This document shows positions 7,962 to 16,492 of a stretch of DNA of 55,268 bases, piece after piece. The position numbers and the translations under genes are program-made. The notes under the pieces are model-generated. The model searched no databases. It saw only the letters and a program-made list of their open reading frames with translations, and had not been told where the DNA came from. The first letter of the stretch is position 1. Each line of letters begins with the position of its first letter. Source of the stretch: a virus (taxonomy: Duplodnaviria > Caudoviricetes); the IMG/VR virus record IMGVR_UViG_3300025137_000047, positions 1 through 55,268 of that record; one strand, 5' to 3'.

Positions 7962-8287
7962 GATTTTTTGACTCAGATCAAGTCCGTGGTACAGTCATGG
8001 AACTTGAGCAACTACAGCAAGAACTCACTGTTGATCTGATGCATCTCGCAGAGTATAATGTCGAAGAAAGAAGAGAACACTTGGGGCGACTTAAGACATT
8101 TCTTGAGAAACAAAAACTGTTCTTCTTTCGTGTCTCGCTGTCTGATGATCCTGATGCCTTATTAATTAAGGAGAAGGTGGTCGAAGCAGCAAAGATGTTC
8201 GGTTACTCTGATGCAGACGGCATGGATAAGTTCTTTGAGCAACTTGATAATACAATCAAAAACCTAGAAAACACACTTGACAAGTAG
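7958..8287 (+). CDS. DUF1825-like cyanophage protein
   Basis: FFDSDQVR..LEKQKLFFFRVSLSDDPDA. Confidence 0.75.
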   Translation: MRFFDSDQVRGTVMELEQLQQELTVDLMHLAEYNVEERREHLGRLKTFLEKQKLFFFRVSLSDDPDALLIKEKVVEAAKMFGYSDADGMDKFFEQLDNTIKNLENTLDK

Positions 8288-8305
8288 GGACTTATGTCCT
8301 ATAAT
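8277..8305 (+). promoter_or_regulatory. sigma70-type promoter of gene 32
   Basis: TTGACA(8277-8282)-17 nt-TATAAT(8300-8305). Confidence 0.88.
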
Positions 8306-8360
8306 AGACTTGTCGTTATCCCACGAATCCTAATTCATCCTAATCTATCCAATTAATCCT

Positions 8361-9320
8361 ATGTCTTTCGCAAATCTTAAAAAGCAATCACGCACTGGTT
8401 CCCTTACCGACAAACTGATTAAGTCTGTCGAGAAACTCAACGAAAAAGGTAACGGTGCAGACGAACGTATCTGGAAACCATCAGTTGATAAGACTGGTAA
8501 TGGTTACGCTGTCATTCGTTTCCTTCCTGAAGCAGAAGGTAATGAACTACCTTGGGCACGAGTCTACACTCACGCATTCCAAGGTCCAGGTGGATGGTTT
8601 ATCGAGAATTCTCTAACTACTTTGGGACAGAAGTGCCCCATCTCTGAGTACAACTCTACTCTTTGGAACAACGGCACTGACTCTGGTAAGGAGCAAGCAC
8701 GTAAGCAGAAGCGTAAATTGTCATATTACAGCAACATCTTTGTAGTTAATGATCCTGCTAACCCCGATAACGAAGGTAAAGTCTTCCTCTACAAGTATGG
8801 TAAGAAGATCCATGATAAGATCATGGAAGCAATGAAGCCTGAGTTTGATGACGAAGAACCTATCAATCCTTTCGACTTCTGGACTGGTGCTAACTTCAAA
8901 CTGAAGATCCGTAAGGTCGAAGGTTATCAGAACTATGATAAGTCTGAGTTTGACAAGACTAGTCCACTATTCGATGATGATGACCGTCTGGAGAAGATCT
9001 ACAATAGTCTCCATGATTTGAATGAGTTCATTGATCCTAAGAACTTCAAGGACTACGCTGCACTTGAGAAGCGTCTGCAGTATGCTCTTGGACTCAAGGG
9101 TACTCCTAAGATGCAAGATCAAGAGACTCAAGAGCAAGAAGCACAGTGGGAACGTGAGCGTCGTGGCGATTACTCTGAACCCAGTGCTGCTGGTTCTTCC
9201 TATGAAGACATGAGTGAGGGTCGCAGCAAGTCATTTAATGATCCTGATATTACACCTAGTAGCAACACAGAAGAGGAAGATGACTCCCTCAACTACTTTG
9301 CTAAACTGGTCAACTCCTGA
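8361..9320 (+). CDS. gp32: Single-stranded DNA-binding protein gp32
   Basis: DERIWKP, GNGYAVIRFLP, HAFQGPGGW, GANFKLK, NYDKSEF, acidic C-terminus. Confidence 0.97.
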   Translation: MSFANLKKQSRTGSLTDKLIKSVEKLNEKGNGADERIWKPSVDKTGNGYAVIRFLPEAEGNELPWARVYTHAFQGPGGWFIENSLTTLGQKCPISEYNSTLWNNGTDSGKEQARKQKRKLSYYSNIFVVNDPANPDNEGKVFLYKYGKKIHDKIMEAMKPEFDDEEPINPFDFWTGANFKLKIRKVEGYQNYDKSEFDKTSPLFDDDDRLEKIYNSLHDLNEFIDPKNFKDYAALEKRLQYALGLKGTPKMQDQETQEQEAQWERERRGDYSEPSAAGSSYEDMSEGRSKSFNDPDITPSSNTEEEDDSLNYFAKLVNS

Positions 9321-9328
9321 TCTTTACG

Positions 9329-9351
9329 CCCTCCGAAAGGAGGGTTTTTTT
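9329..9351 (+). terminator. Rho-independent terminator
   Basis: CCCTCC-GAAA-GGAGGG plus T7, between convergent genes. Confidence 0.92.
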
Positions 9352-10108
9352 ATACCCCAGATTCTCTTGGGTTGTATGCTGCTTTGGTTGTTCTATTGAT
9401 ATACTGAGAAGAAGTTTCATACTTCATAATGTTTCTCATATCTGAAACGAAACCACTAACAAATTCTGGTTTTAAAATACGAATGAATCTCTTACCATCA
9501 TTTATTTTTGTTTCATGTTTGTAGTTACTGACTGGACCTGCTGCCTTAACTTTTAGCAAGACCCAACTATTTCTGTATGCTTCATCATAAACGAAGTTAC
9601 CATCCTCATCTTTCTCTGTTCGTATGGCATCGTAAGTAGATTTATCTGTGGTTATAGTTTTATTGTTCAATCCTACGTATGTAAATGTAAAATCTGAATC
9701 AACTTCGATTCCTTTTTTCAGAACTGTCCTGTTAAATTGATCTCTAATTTCTGGCGTCTCATAGTGATGGGGTTCTATAAGTGCTGCTTCAGAACCATAC
9801 TTGTCCAACATATATCCATGAAGATCATTGTTACTCAATGGCCATTGATTTCTTATATTAGTAATGTTATTAGTGATTAAAATTACCCAGTCTAATTCTG
9901 GATCATCATATATTGAAGCAGCAATGGTATCGGGTCTGTCTCCTTCTTTGACCATTTTTATATCAAATGCAGTAATCGCATAATCAATATCAGTTCTAAG
10001 TTTTGCTCTCTTGAAAAAGTTCTTAACTAGAACTCTTTCATCACTTCTCTTTCTCCCTGGTAATAAGGAGACAGCAGATATATCTGGTAATTCTCTGAAA
10101 TAAGACAT
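9350..10108 (-). CDS. gp53: Baseplate wedge subunit gp53
   Basis: MSYFRELP, DRPDTIA..YDDPELDWVILITNNI (LysM-like), HHYET. Confidence 0.9.
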   Translation of the reverse strand: MSYFRELPDISAVSLLPGRKRSDERVLVKNFFKRAKLRTDIDYAITAFDIKMVKEGDRPDTIAASIYDDPELDWVILITNNITNIRNQWPLSNNDLHGYMLDKYGSEAALIEPHHYETPEIRDQFNRTVLKKGIEVDSDFTFTYVGLNNKTITTDKSTYDAIRTEKDEDGNFVYDEAYRNSWVLLKVKAAGPVSNYKHETKINDGKRFIRILKPEFVSGFVSDMRNIMKYETSSQYINRTTKAAYNPRESGV

Positions 10109-12012
10109 TAGTAACCTACCTCCGATGGTCTAATTGAATAAAGATCACCATCGGATTGTCCAAAATCATCTACATCTTTGGATAGTCTATCAGCACGTAT
10201 ATCATTTTCACTATAATCAGATGCATATACTGGTTCTAGTTCACTCATATTGACTGATAGTGTACAACTTACTGGTTGACCTTCATCATATGCTGACCAT
10301 TGACCATCTGGCGTGTAGTTGACTGATGTACCAACAACAGCAACAGGTTTAATTCTATTTACACCTTCTATAATCTGTCCCCCAGCAGTGCGATATTGAA
10401 GTCTGAATACATTTGGTGATCCTAAGTATAGACTTCTTTCGCCTGCTTTGCTTGTTATCGTCTTTGCTGCCATTCCTTGTTTGAAGAAACGAATAATTTT
10501 CTTCACTTCCCGTGCTTCGTTTTTATCTCTTGGACTCATTCTCCAATTGAATTCAAAAGTTCTCAGTGATACATTATTGAATAGTAATTCTGTATTACTA
10601 TTTGGAATAACACCGAAACCTCTAGCAAGAAGTGACTCTGGTGAAACATTGACACCCATAGCACCCAGGATCATAGAACCTATATTTGATTTCATAAGTG
10701 TAGCACCACCCGGAGTAGACGATAGTTGCTTTGCAGCTGCTATTGCTTTATTCTTGGCGTCAGTAGCACCATCGACACCCCCAGATTGTGCCATCCCAGC
10801 TGCAAGCAGAGCACCCATCTGTCCTACACCTGGATTGATCATACTACCAAGTAATCCAACACCTCCAACCAATGCTGGATTTTGCATAACACCAGAAGTG
10901 ATTGCTGCAGAAAGATTATTCATCGCATCTTTACCCCAAGAAATTTGATTGGAGTCTTGGATATCATTTGGCATAGGTAATTTAACTTGCGCCAAGAAGT
11001 GTTTCAATGGTGTTAGTCTTTGATTACCTTGAGTGAAATTTCCTATTGTACTGCCAAATATTTGATCCCTTCTTGGTGGTTGATATACGAACTGGTCAAT
11101 GGTAACGTAATCCTGTCCGCGAATATTTCCGTAATTTGCATCAAATGGATACTTAGCACTTTGAATTATATCTCCACCACCACCCTCAAACATTTGATCA
11201 AACTGTGCAATCTGCTCGGAGGTTATTGCTAAATCACCAAAGAACTCACCAATGCTTGCCAAGAAACCTTGGGCTCTATCACCAATTTCTGTAGCAAATT
11301 CTTGAACAGTATCAGTTGCTTCAGGTTCTGATGCATTTGGGTCATTATTACCTGGTTGCACTACAGTTTCGTCAACTACTGCATCCTCCTCTGCATTATG
11401 TGGTATAACTTCTATTGATTCTATAGATGAGACCGATTGTGCAGGTATAAATGCATCTATAATACCACTTTCAAAAGACTGCCTACTTAAGTATGGATCT
11501 TCTGCTGATTTGGATAATACTTTTGCTTTTACGAATGCTAGATCTTGAAATTGATTTAGTGTAACTATTTCACCATTTACAGTTGCTGTACCGATTTGCG
11601 CTAATGCTTGTGCTTCTGTAGTTGTTTCCAGTTTCCCTTGATTTGGAAGAAGATCTCCTGCCAGATTACCAAGTTGTCCCTCTCCCGTAACAGTATATGA
11701 TCTACCTTTTCCACCATATTCTCTTTCTCCATCAGCATTCACAGTAAATAATACCCAAGGACGATCAACCTTTGATTTTGATACGCCTGAAGGATTGGTT
11801 CGTGTGGGAGAACCCTGTGTCTCGATCACATTTCTTTGAACTGCAACAGCAGCATACCCACCATCTTTATTCAAACGGATTTGAACAAAATGAGACTTAC
11901 CATTAACCTTTACTCTCATTACCTGATTGTTACTACTTGAACCACCGGTATTGATTAGATTAGTTCCTCTGAGAAGAGTAGGTACTTTTGCATCTGTGTT
12001 AACTGCTGGCAT
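10108..12012 (-). CDS. gp48: Baseplate tail tube cap gp48 with long N-terminal extension
   Basis: LPMPN, ELLFNNVSLRTFEFNWRMSPR..EA..VKKIIRFFK, VNYTPDG. Confidence 0.85.
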   Translation of the reverse strand: MPAVNTDAKVPTLLRGTNLINTGGSSSNNQVMRVKVNGKSHFVQIRLNKDGGYAAVAVQRNVIETQGSPTRTNPSGVSKSKVDRPWVLFTVNADGEREYGGKGRSYTVTGEGQLGNLAGDLLPNQGKLETTTEAQALAQIGTATVNGEIVTLNQFQDLAFVKAKVLSKSAEDPYLSRQSFESGIIDAFIPAQSVSSIESIEVIPHNAEEDAVVDETVVQPGNNDPNASEPEATDTVQEFATEIGDRAQGFLASIGEFFGDLAITSEQIAQFDQMFEGGGGDIIQSAKYPFDANYGNIRGQDYVTIDQFVYQPPRRDQIFGSTIGNFTQGNQRLTPLKHFLAQVKLPMPNDIQDSNQISWGKDAMNNLSAAITSGVMQNPALVGGVGLLGSMINPGVGQMGALLAAGMAQSGGVDGATDAKNKAIAAAKQLSSTPGGATLMKSNIGSMILGAMGVNVSPESLLARGFGVIPNSNTELLFNNVSLRTFEFNWRMSPRDKNEAREVKKIIRFFKQGMAAKTITSKAGERSLYLGSPNVFRLQYRTAGGQIIEGVNRIKPVAVVGTSVNYTPDGQWSAYDEGQPVSCTLSVNMSELEPVYASDYSENDIRADRLSKDVDDFGQSDGDLYSIRPSEVGY

Positions 12013-12576
12013 TTAAATACTGTCCCACGCTGTTTCTGGACTCACAAATATTCCTGTTTTATCTACAAAATTTTCAGTCACTAATTTTGCGACATCATTA
12101 TATTCATTTCCATCAACTGGAATTGCATACATATCGCCCATGTTACCAGGAATGTAACTGTGTATAAGTTTGGAGTAACCTACTGAAAAGTCCACTTGTT
12201 TCTTATTTATCAAGGAAGCAGCAAGTTGTCCTCGGAGTGTAGGATTTAAGTAATGTAAATTGGCACCAAGGACTCTAGTGCCGGTGATTTCAATGATGTA
12301 AGCAAGGGGTCTTCTATCATAGAAAGGGTATCTATCAGGACTTTTTGCATTGTAACTAAAGAAACAGAGAGAACCTGGTCCTGTGTCACCACTATACCGT
12401 TGGAGTTCAGTGAACAGTTCATTTGCATACCAGTTGGGGTCTTTACCAGAACCTACCCGGTCCATAATTCTCCTACCAATAGTTTTAGATGCTTCTTCTT
12501 TTGCATTTATTTGTGCTTTAACTTCCTCATATGAAGGTCCACCTGCCCGTCTTCGTTTAGCACGTCTTCTTACCAT
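12013..12576 (-). CDS. gp2: DNA end protector protein gp2-like
   Basis: FFSYNAK..PFYDRRPL..GANLHYL; synteny with gp4. Confidence 0.75.
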   Translation of the reverse strand: MVRRRAKRRRAGGPSYEEVKAQINAKEEASKTIGRRIMDRVGSGKDPNWYANELFTELQRYSGDTGPGSLCFFSYNAKSPDRYPFYDRRPLAYIIEITGTRVLGANLHYLNPTLRGQLAASLINKKQVDFSVGYSKLIHSYIPGNMGDMYAIPVDGNEYNDVAKLVTENFVDKTGIFVSPETAWDSI

Positions 12577-13016
12577 TACTTGATTCCCAGATCGTCTTCA
12601 GTCATAATTTTAAATTCAAACTTACGGTCAGCACAGAACTCTCGTGCTGCTTTCCATTTTGCTTGATTGACTGCCCAAGTTACTATGGAGTTCTGCCATG
12701 CTTTAGTCTTCCTTTTTGGATTCATATTTGGTTGTGCTACTTGCTTTTTGGGTTTGATTTCAACAACCATTGTTCTTAATTTGCCTGTCTTATCTGTATA
12801 CTTAATAAAGAAGTCAGGGAAATATCTATGAACTCTTTTATCTACAGGTGAGACATATGGTATCCAAAACTCTTCCGATTGCCATTCTTTCACTGACTCA
12901 TTTAAGTCACAGTAGTTCATAAATTTCCTCTCCCATAAGGAGCGGTAGATTATATTCTTAGTATTTCCATCATACTTCTTTGGATTTGATGGAAGATACC
13001 TTCCACTATACGGCAT
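12576..13016 (-). CDS. gp4: Head completion nuclease gp4
   Basis: NPKKY, YRSLWERKFM, WQSEE, RYFPDF, VEIKP. Confidence 0.95.
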   Translation of the reverse strand: MPYSGRYLPSNPKKYDGNTKNIIYRSLWERKFMNYCDLNESVKEWQSEEFWIPYVSPVDKRVHRYFPDFFIKYTDKTGKLRTMVVEIKPKKQVAQPNMNPKRKTKAWQNSIVTWAVNQAKWKAAREFCADRKFEFKIMTEDDLGIK

Positions 13017-13040
13017 ATATAGTATATAAGTAGTTCAAAG

Positions 13041-13047
13041 TATTTAG
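13041..13047 (-). promoter_or_regulatory. Late promoter (CTAAATA) for the gp4-gp53 operon
   Basis: TATTTAG on the + strand, about 25 nt upstream of the gp4 start. Confidence 0.6.
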
Positions 13048-13791
13048 ATGGCAACATATTCGCCTGAGATTCTATACAAGAAGATAAATGATGTCCAAGA
13101 AACCTTTGGTGGTTTGTCTCAAACGTCTCAATTTATGGTGTCATTGAATCTTGGACGTTCTACTATTCGGCAGAGTGGTGTTGCTCCTTTAAATAGATAT
13201 CTCACTAGATGTGGATTGTTTAGGCAATCTAAATCTACAGAAGAGACATATGACTTCCTATGTTCTGATGCATCCTTACCAGGATCATCTTTTGATATGG
13301 CAGAGGAATCTGGTAGTCGTCAGGGAGTTCTTGAAAGGTTCCCAATGCGTAGAATCTATGCTGACTTCGATTTGACTTTTTATGTTGATAAGGAATATAA
13401 CACTATTCGTATCTTTGAAGAATGGTTGAACTGGATTGATCCACTCAGCAGAGGTAGCACAACATATGATGGTGATGAAGAAGGGCAAGCAGGATTCGAT
13501 GAGAGTAGTAGTTTCTTTAGGATGAGATACCCTAATGAGTATAAGACCAAAGTTTCTATCGTCAAATTTGAAAGAGGATTCTGGAGGAATCCAAATGAGG
13601 TAATCGAACCAGACCAACTCGAAAAGAAACTTCAAGAACAACCCATCTTAGTATACGATTTTATTGATTGTTTCCCGATGAATATTGCTGCTATTCCATT
13701 CTCATATGATGGAAGTTCAATAACACAGGTCACGGTAAACTTCAACTATGCTAGGTACACTGTTTCAAAACAGATCCCTAGAAACGATTGA
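13048..13791 (+). CDS. Tail tube-like protein (gp54/gp19-like tail tube initiator)
   Basis: LCSDASLPG, LTFYVD, FEEWLNWI, FPMNI, VTVNFNY. Confidence 0.75.
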   Translation: MATYSPEILYKKINDVQETFGGLSQTSQFMVSLNLGRSTIRQSGVAPLNRYLTRCGLFRQSKSTEETYDFLCSDASLPGSSFDMAEESGSRQGVLERFPMRRIYADFDLTFYVDKEYNTIRIFEEWLNWIDPLSRGSTTYDGDEEGQAGFDESSSFFRMRYPNEYKTKVSIVKFERGFWRNPNEVIEPDQLEKKLQEQPILVYDFIDCFPMNIAAIPFSYDGSSITQVTVNFNYARYTVSKQIPRND

Positions 13792-13801
13792 ACTACCCCC
13801 A

Positions 13802-13808
13802 CTAAATA
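13802..13808 (+). promoter_or_regulatory. Late promoter CTAAATA
   Basis: Intergenic, about 22 nt upstream of gp26. Confidence 0.65.
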
Positions 13809-13829
13809 ATTTTATCGTAATATAACATT

Positions 13830-14552
13830 ATGCCTTTACCAAAGATTTCTACCCCGACTTATGAGTTGGAATTACCGTCAACAGGAAAGAAGATTAAGTA
13901 TCGTCCATTCCTAGTTAGAGAAGAAAAGATTCTCATTCTTGCTTTAGAAAGCGAAGATGAAAAGCAGATTGCAACTGCAGTTAAAAATACATTAAAGGAT
14001 TGTATTCAGACCAGAGGTGTCAAGGTCGAGAATCTTCCCACCTTCGATATCGAATATCTGTTCTTGAATATCCGAGGTAAGTCTGTAGGTGAAGCAGTTG
14101 ATTTGATTGTCACCTGCCCTGATGATGGCGAGACAACAGTTCCTATCAAAGTTTATATTGATGAGATTGAAGTTGTCAAAGATAAGGATCATACACCAGA
14201 TATTGACTTGGATGGTAGTCTGACGCTCCGTATGAAGTATCCATCACTAGAACAGTTTGTTTCTAGTAACTTTAGTTTTGATGAAAATGATGAAGACTTA
14301 GATAAATCATTTGAAATTATTGGTTCATGTATTGATGTGATCTTCAATGCAGATGACGCATGGTCTACCTCTGATGTTACAAAGAAAGAATTAATGACAT
14401 GGATGGATGGTTTGAACTCTTCTCAATTCAAAGAAATTGAAAAGTTCTTTACTACTATGCCAAAACTTTCACATACTATTAAGGTTACTAACCCAAAAAC
14501 AAAGGTCGAAAGTGAAATCGTATTAGAAGGGTTACAAAGTTTTTTCGGTTAA
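13830..14552 (+). CDS. gp26: Baseplate hub assembly protein gp26
   Basis: MPLPKI.TPTYELELPS, YRPFLVREEK, DIEYLFLNIRGKSVGE, LEGLQSFF. Confidence 0.93.
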   Translation: MPLPKISTPTYELELPSTGKKIKYRPFLVREEKILILALESEDEKQIATAVKNTLKDCIQTRGVKVENLPTFDIEYLFLNIRGKSVGEAVDLIVTCPDDGETTVPIKVYIDEIEVVKDKDHTPDIDLDGSLTLRMKYPSLEQFVSSNFSFDENDEDLDKSFEIIGSCIDVIFNADDAWSTSDVTKKELMTWMDGLNSSQFKEIEKFFTTMPKLSHTIKVTNPKTKVESEIVLEGLQSFFG

Positions 14553-14554
14553 TT

Positions 14555-14731
14555 ATGGCACATATTGATCTTGAATCATATTACAAGGTCAATTTTTCTC
14601 TCATGCAGCATCATAAATATAGTTTAACAGAGATTGAAAATATGATGCCATGGGAGAGAGATATATATCTTGCGATGTTAAATCAATATGTTGAAGAAGA
14701 GAATTCAAGAATTCAACAACAAGGAATGTAA
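14555..14731 (+). CDS. gp51: Baseplate hub assembly catalyst gp51
   Basis: Translated by hand: YYKVNFSLMQHHKYSLTEIENMMPWERDIY; missed by the ORF track. Confidence 0.9.
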   Translation: MAHIDLESYYKVNFSLMQHHKYSLTEIENMMPWERDIYLAMLNQYVEEENSRIQQQGM

Positions 14732-16492
14732 ATGTTAAGTTCTGGAGCAAAAGCAAGAAGATTCCTCCGACCTGGAAACGCTGATGCAGTTTTTGCACGT
14801 AAGCGAGGAATGATTGCGCCTTCTCCTCTGAAAGAAAGTAAAGTTGAACCTGATAAAAAGACGAAGAGTCGTTTTGGTAAAGCAACTAGTGCTGACTTCA
14901 CAAACTTCTTTGGTAATAAAAGAACTGTAAAGGCAGTGCGTGGTGCAGTTAATGCACTTAAAGAAATTTTAGTAGAAACATTTATTGCTGCAAAAAGTTT
15001 AGGTGCAACAGTTAGAAATATTGTAAAACAATTAGGAGGACTTAATGCATCTGGTGGTGCGGGTGGTCTCCTTGGAAAACTAGGTATGGTTGGACTGGTT
15101 GCAGCAGTTGTAGCCGGTGTTGCAGCAATATTTGGTCCCAAGATAAAAGAAGTATTTGAGAGTTTTAAGAAAGGGGCAGATGCTATATTTGAAAACATCA
15201 AAGGTTTTCTAGATGGAATAGAGCAGAAGATTAAATCCATCTATAACTTTGTTGCAGACATGTATAATAATAAGTTCAAGGGTCTTCTCAGAACTTATAA
15301 TGATGCAGTCCAAGCAATTGCAGATAAAACTGGAATACCACTTCCCAAAATAAACATGGGAATGTTCAAAGATGTACCTGCATATACGGAACAATTTCCC
15401 GAAGGTCTCAATCCCTTAGCAGGTAAAACCCTGGACTCTGTGATGGGTGACGTGGGTAATATGCTCAAAGGTGGATTGGAGAATACTACAGGTGTTATGG
15501 GTGATCTATTTAATAATCTACTTGACGGTCTTGGTCTTACAGACACGGCAAATGCAATAACTGATACCCTAGGAATGGGATCACTCTTTGGAAAGAGTAG
15601 AGAATTAGGATCTGGCGGAGGTCTTAGCACTTTCTTCCCAGGAATGAAACCAAGTAGCAGTAGTTCTACTGGTGGTGGTGTGACTGACCCAACTATTTCT
15701 GGTGATGAAGAAGAATACTTAATGCGTTTAATGAATGCTGAAGCAGGCGGTGAGGGTGAACTTGGAATGGCAGCAGTTGGAAGGTCTGTTCTTAATAGAG
15801 CAGCTCTTATTCAAAGTGGGGAAGTTGGTGCTGGTCAATTCATGGCAGAGAGTGGTAGTATTAAAGATGTTATTGAAGGAACTAATCAGTATCAACCGTT
15901 TAGAGAAGGAAAACTTAAGAAAGAACTAACAGAAGAAGAAAGAGTAAGAGCAAAGAAATCTCTAGAGATAGCACGCAATCAGGCATCATTACGTGGCAAT
16001 CTAGAAGCATCTGGAATGTCTGCTGATCAGATCAATAATATTATGGCATCTACTGGATTTAGAACTCATTCTGCAAAGTATGATGGATCTCAAGATGTTA
16101 ATCCTACTAGATTAGGCGGACATCAATTTAACACTGCTGGTAATGCTAACATGCTAACACCAACAGCAAAATTCAAAGAACCATCTACTACACAACAACA
16201 GCAATATACTATTCCTACGAATGAAATTCCAAAAGAGGGAGCACCACAAGCAGAATGGGATGCATACTTTAAAAAAGTAGATAAATTAAAACCTCCTAAA
16301 AAAGGACCGAATGTATCCTTCATTTCTGTTCCAGGAGCACAACAGATCGCACAAGCACCACCACGTAGACCACAACCTCTGATGACAGGAAATGGTCCAG
16401 GAACCGAAGGTTCTGATTATAGTTTCTTCCCATCTGGAAATCCTGATCAATATGATATCTTTGGGGCACAACTTGGAGCTCAAGTCGGATAA
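14732..16492 (+). CDS. Tape-measure-like/hub-associated protein with SleB-type cell wall hydrolase domain
   Basis: Gly/Ala hydrophobic helical N-half; AEAGGEGELGMAAVGRSVLNR...QYQP...GGHQF. Confidence 0.75.
   Translation: MLSSGAKARRFLRPGNADAVFARKRGMIAPSPLKESKVEPDKKTKSRFGKATSADFTNFFGNKRTVKAVRGAVNALKEILVETFIAAKSLGATVRNIVKQLGGLNASGGAGGLLGKLGMVGLVAAVVAGVAAIFGPKIKEVFESFKKGADAIFENIKGFLDGIEQKIKSIYNFVADMYNNKFKGLLRTYNDAVQAIADKTGIPLPKINMGMFKDVPAYTEQFPEGLNPLAGKTLDSVMGDVGNMLKGGLENTTGVMGDLFNNLLDGLGLTDTANAITDTLGMGSLFGKSRELGSGGGLSTFFPGMKPSSSSSTGGGVTDPTISGDEEEYLMRLMNAEAGGEGELGMAAVGRSVLNRAALIQSGEVGAGQFMAESGSIKDVIEGTNQYQPFREGKLKKELTEEERVRAKKSLEIARNQASLRGNLEASGMSADQINNIMASTGFRTHSAKYDGSQDVNPTRLGGHQFNTAGNANMLTPTAKFKEPSTTQQQQYTIPTNEIPKEGAPQAEWDAYFKKVDKLKPPKKGPNVSFISVPGAQQIAQAPPRRPQPLMTGNGPGTEGSDYSFFPSGNPDQYDIFGAQLGAQVG

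Noticed and set aside
14601-14885. Minus-strand 94-aa ORF
   Set aside because: Shadow of gp51 and the next gene
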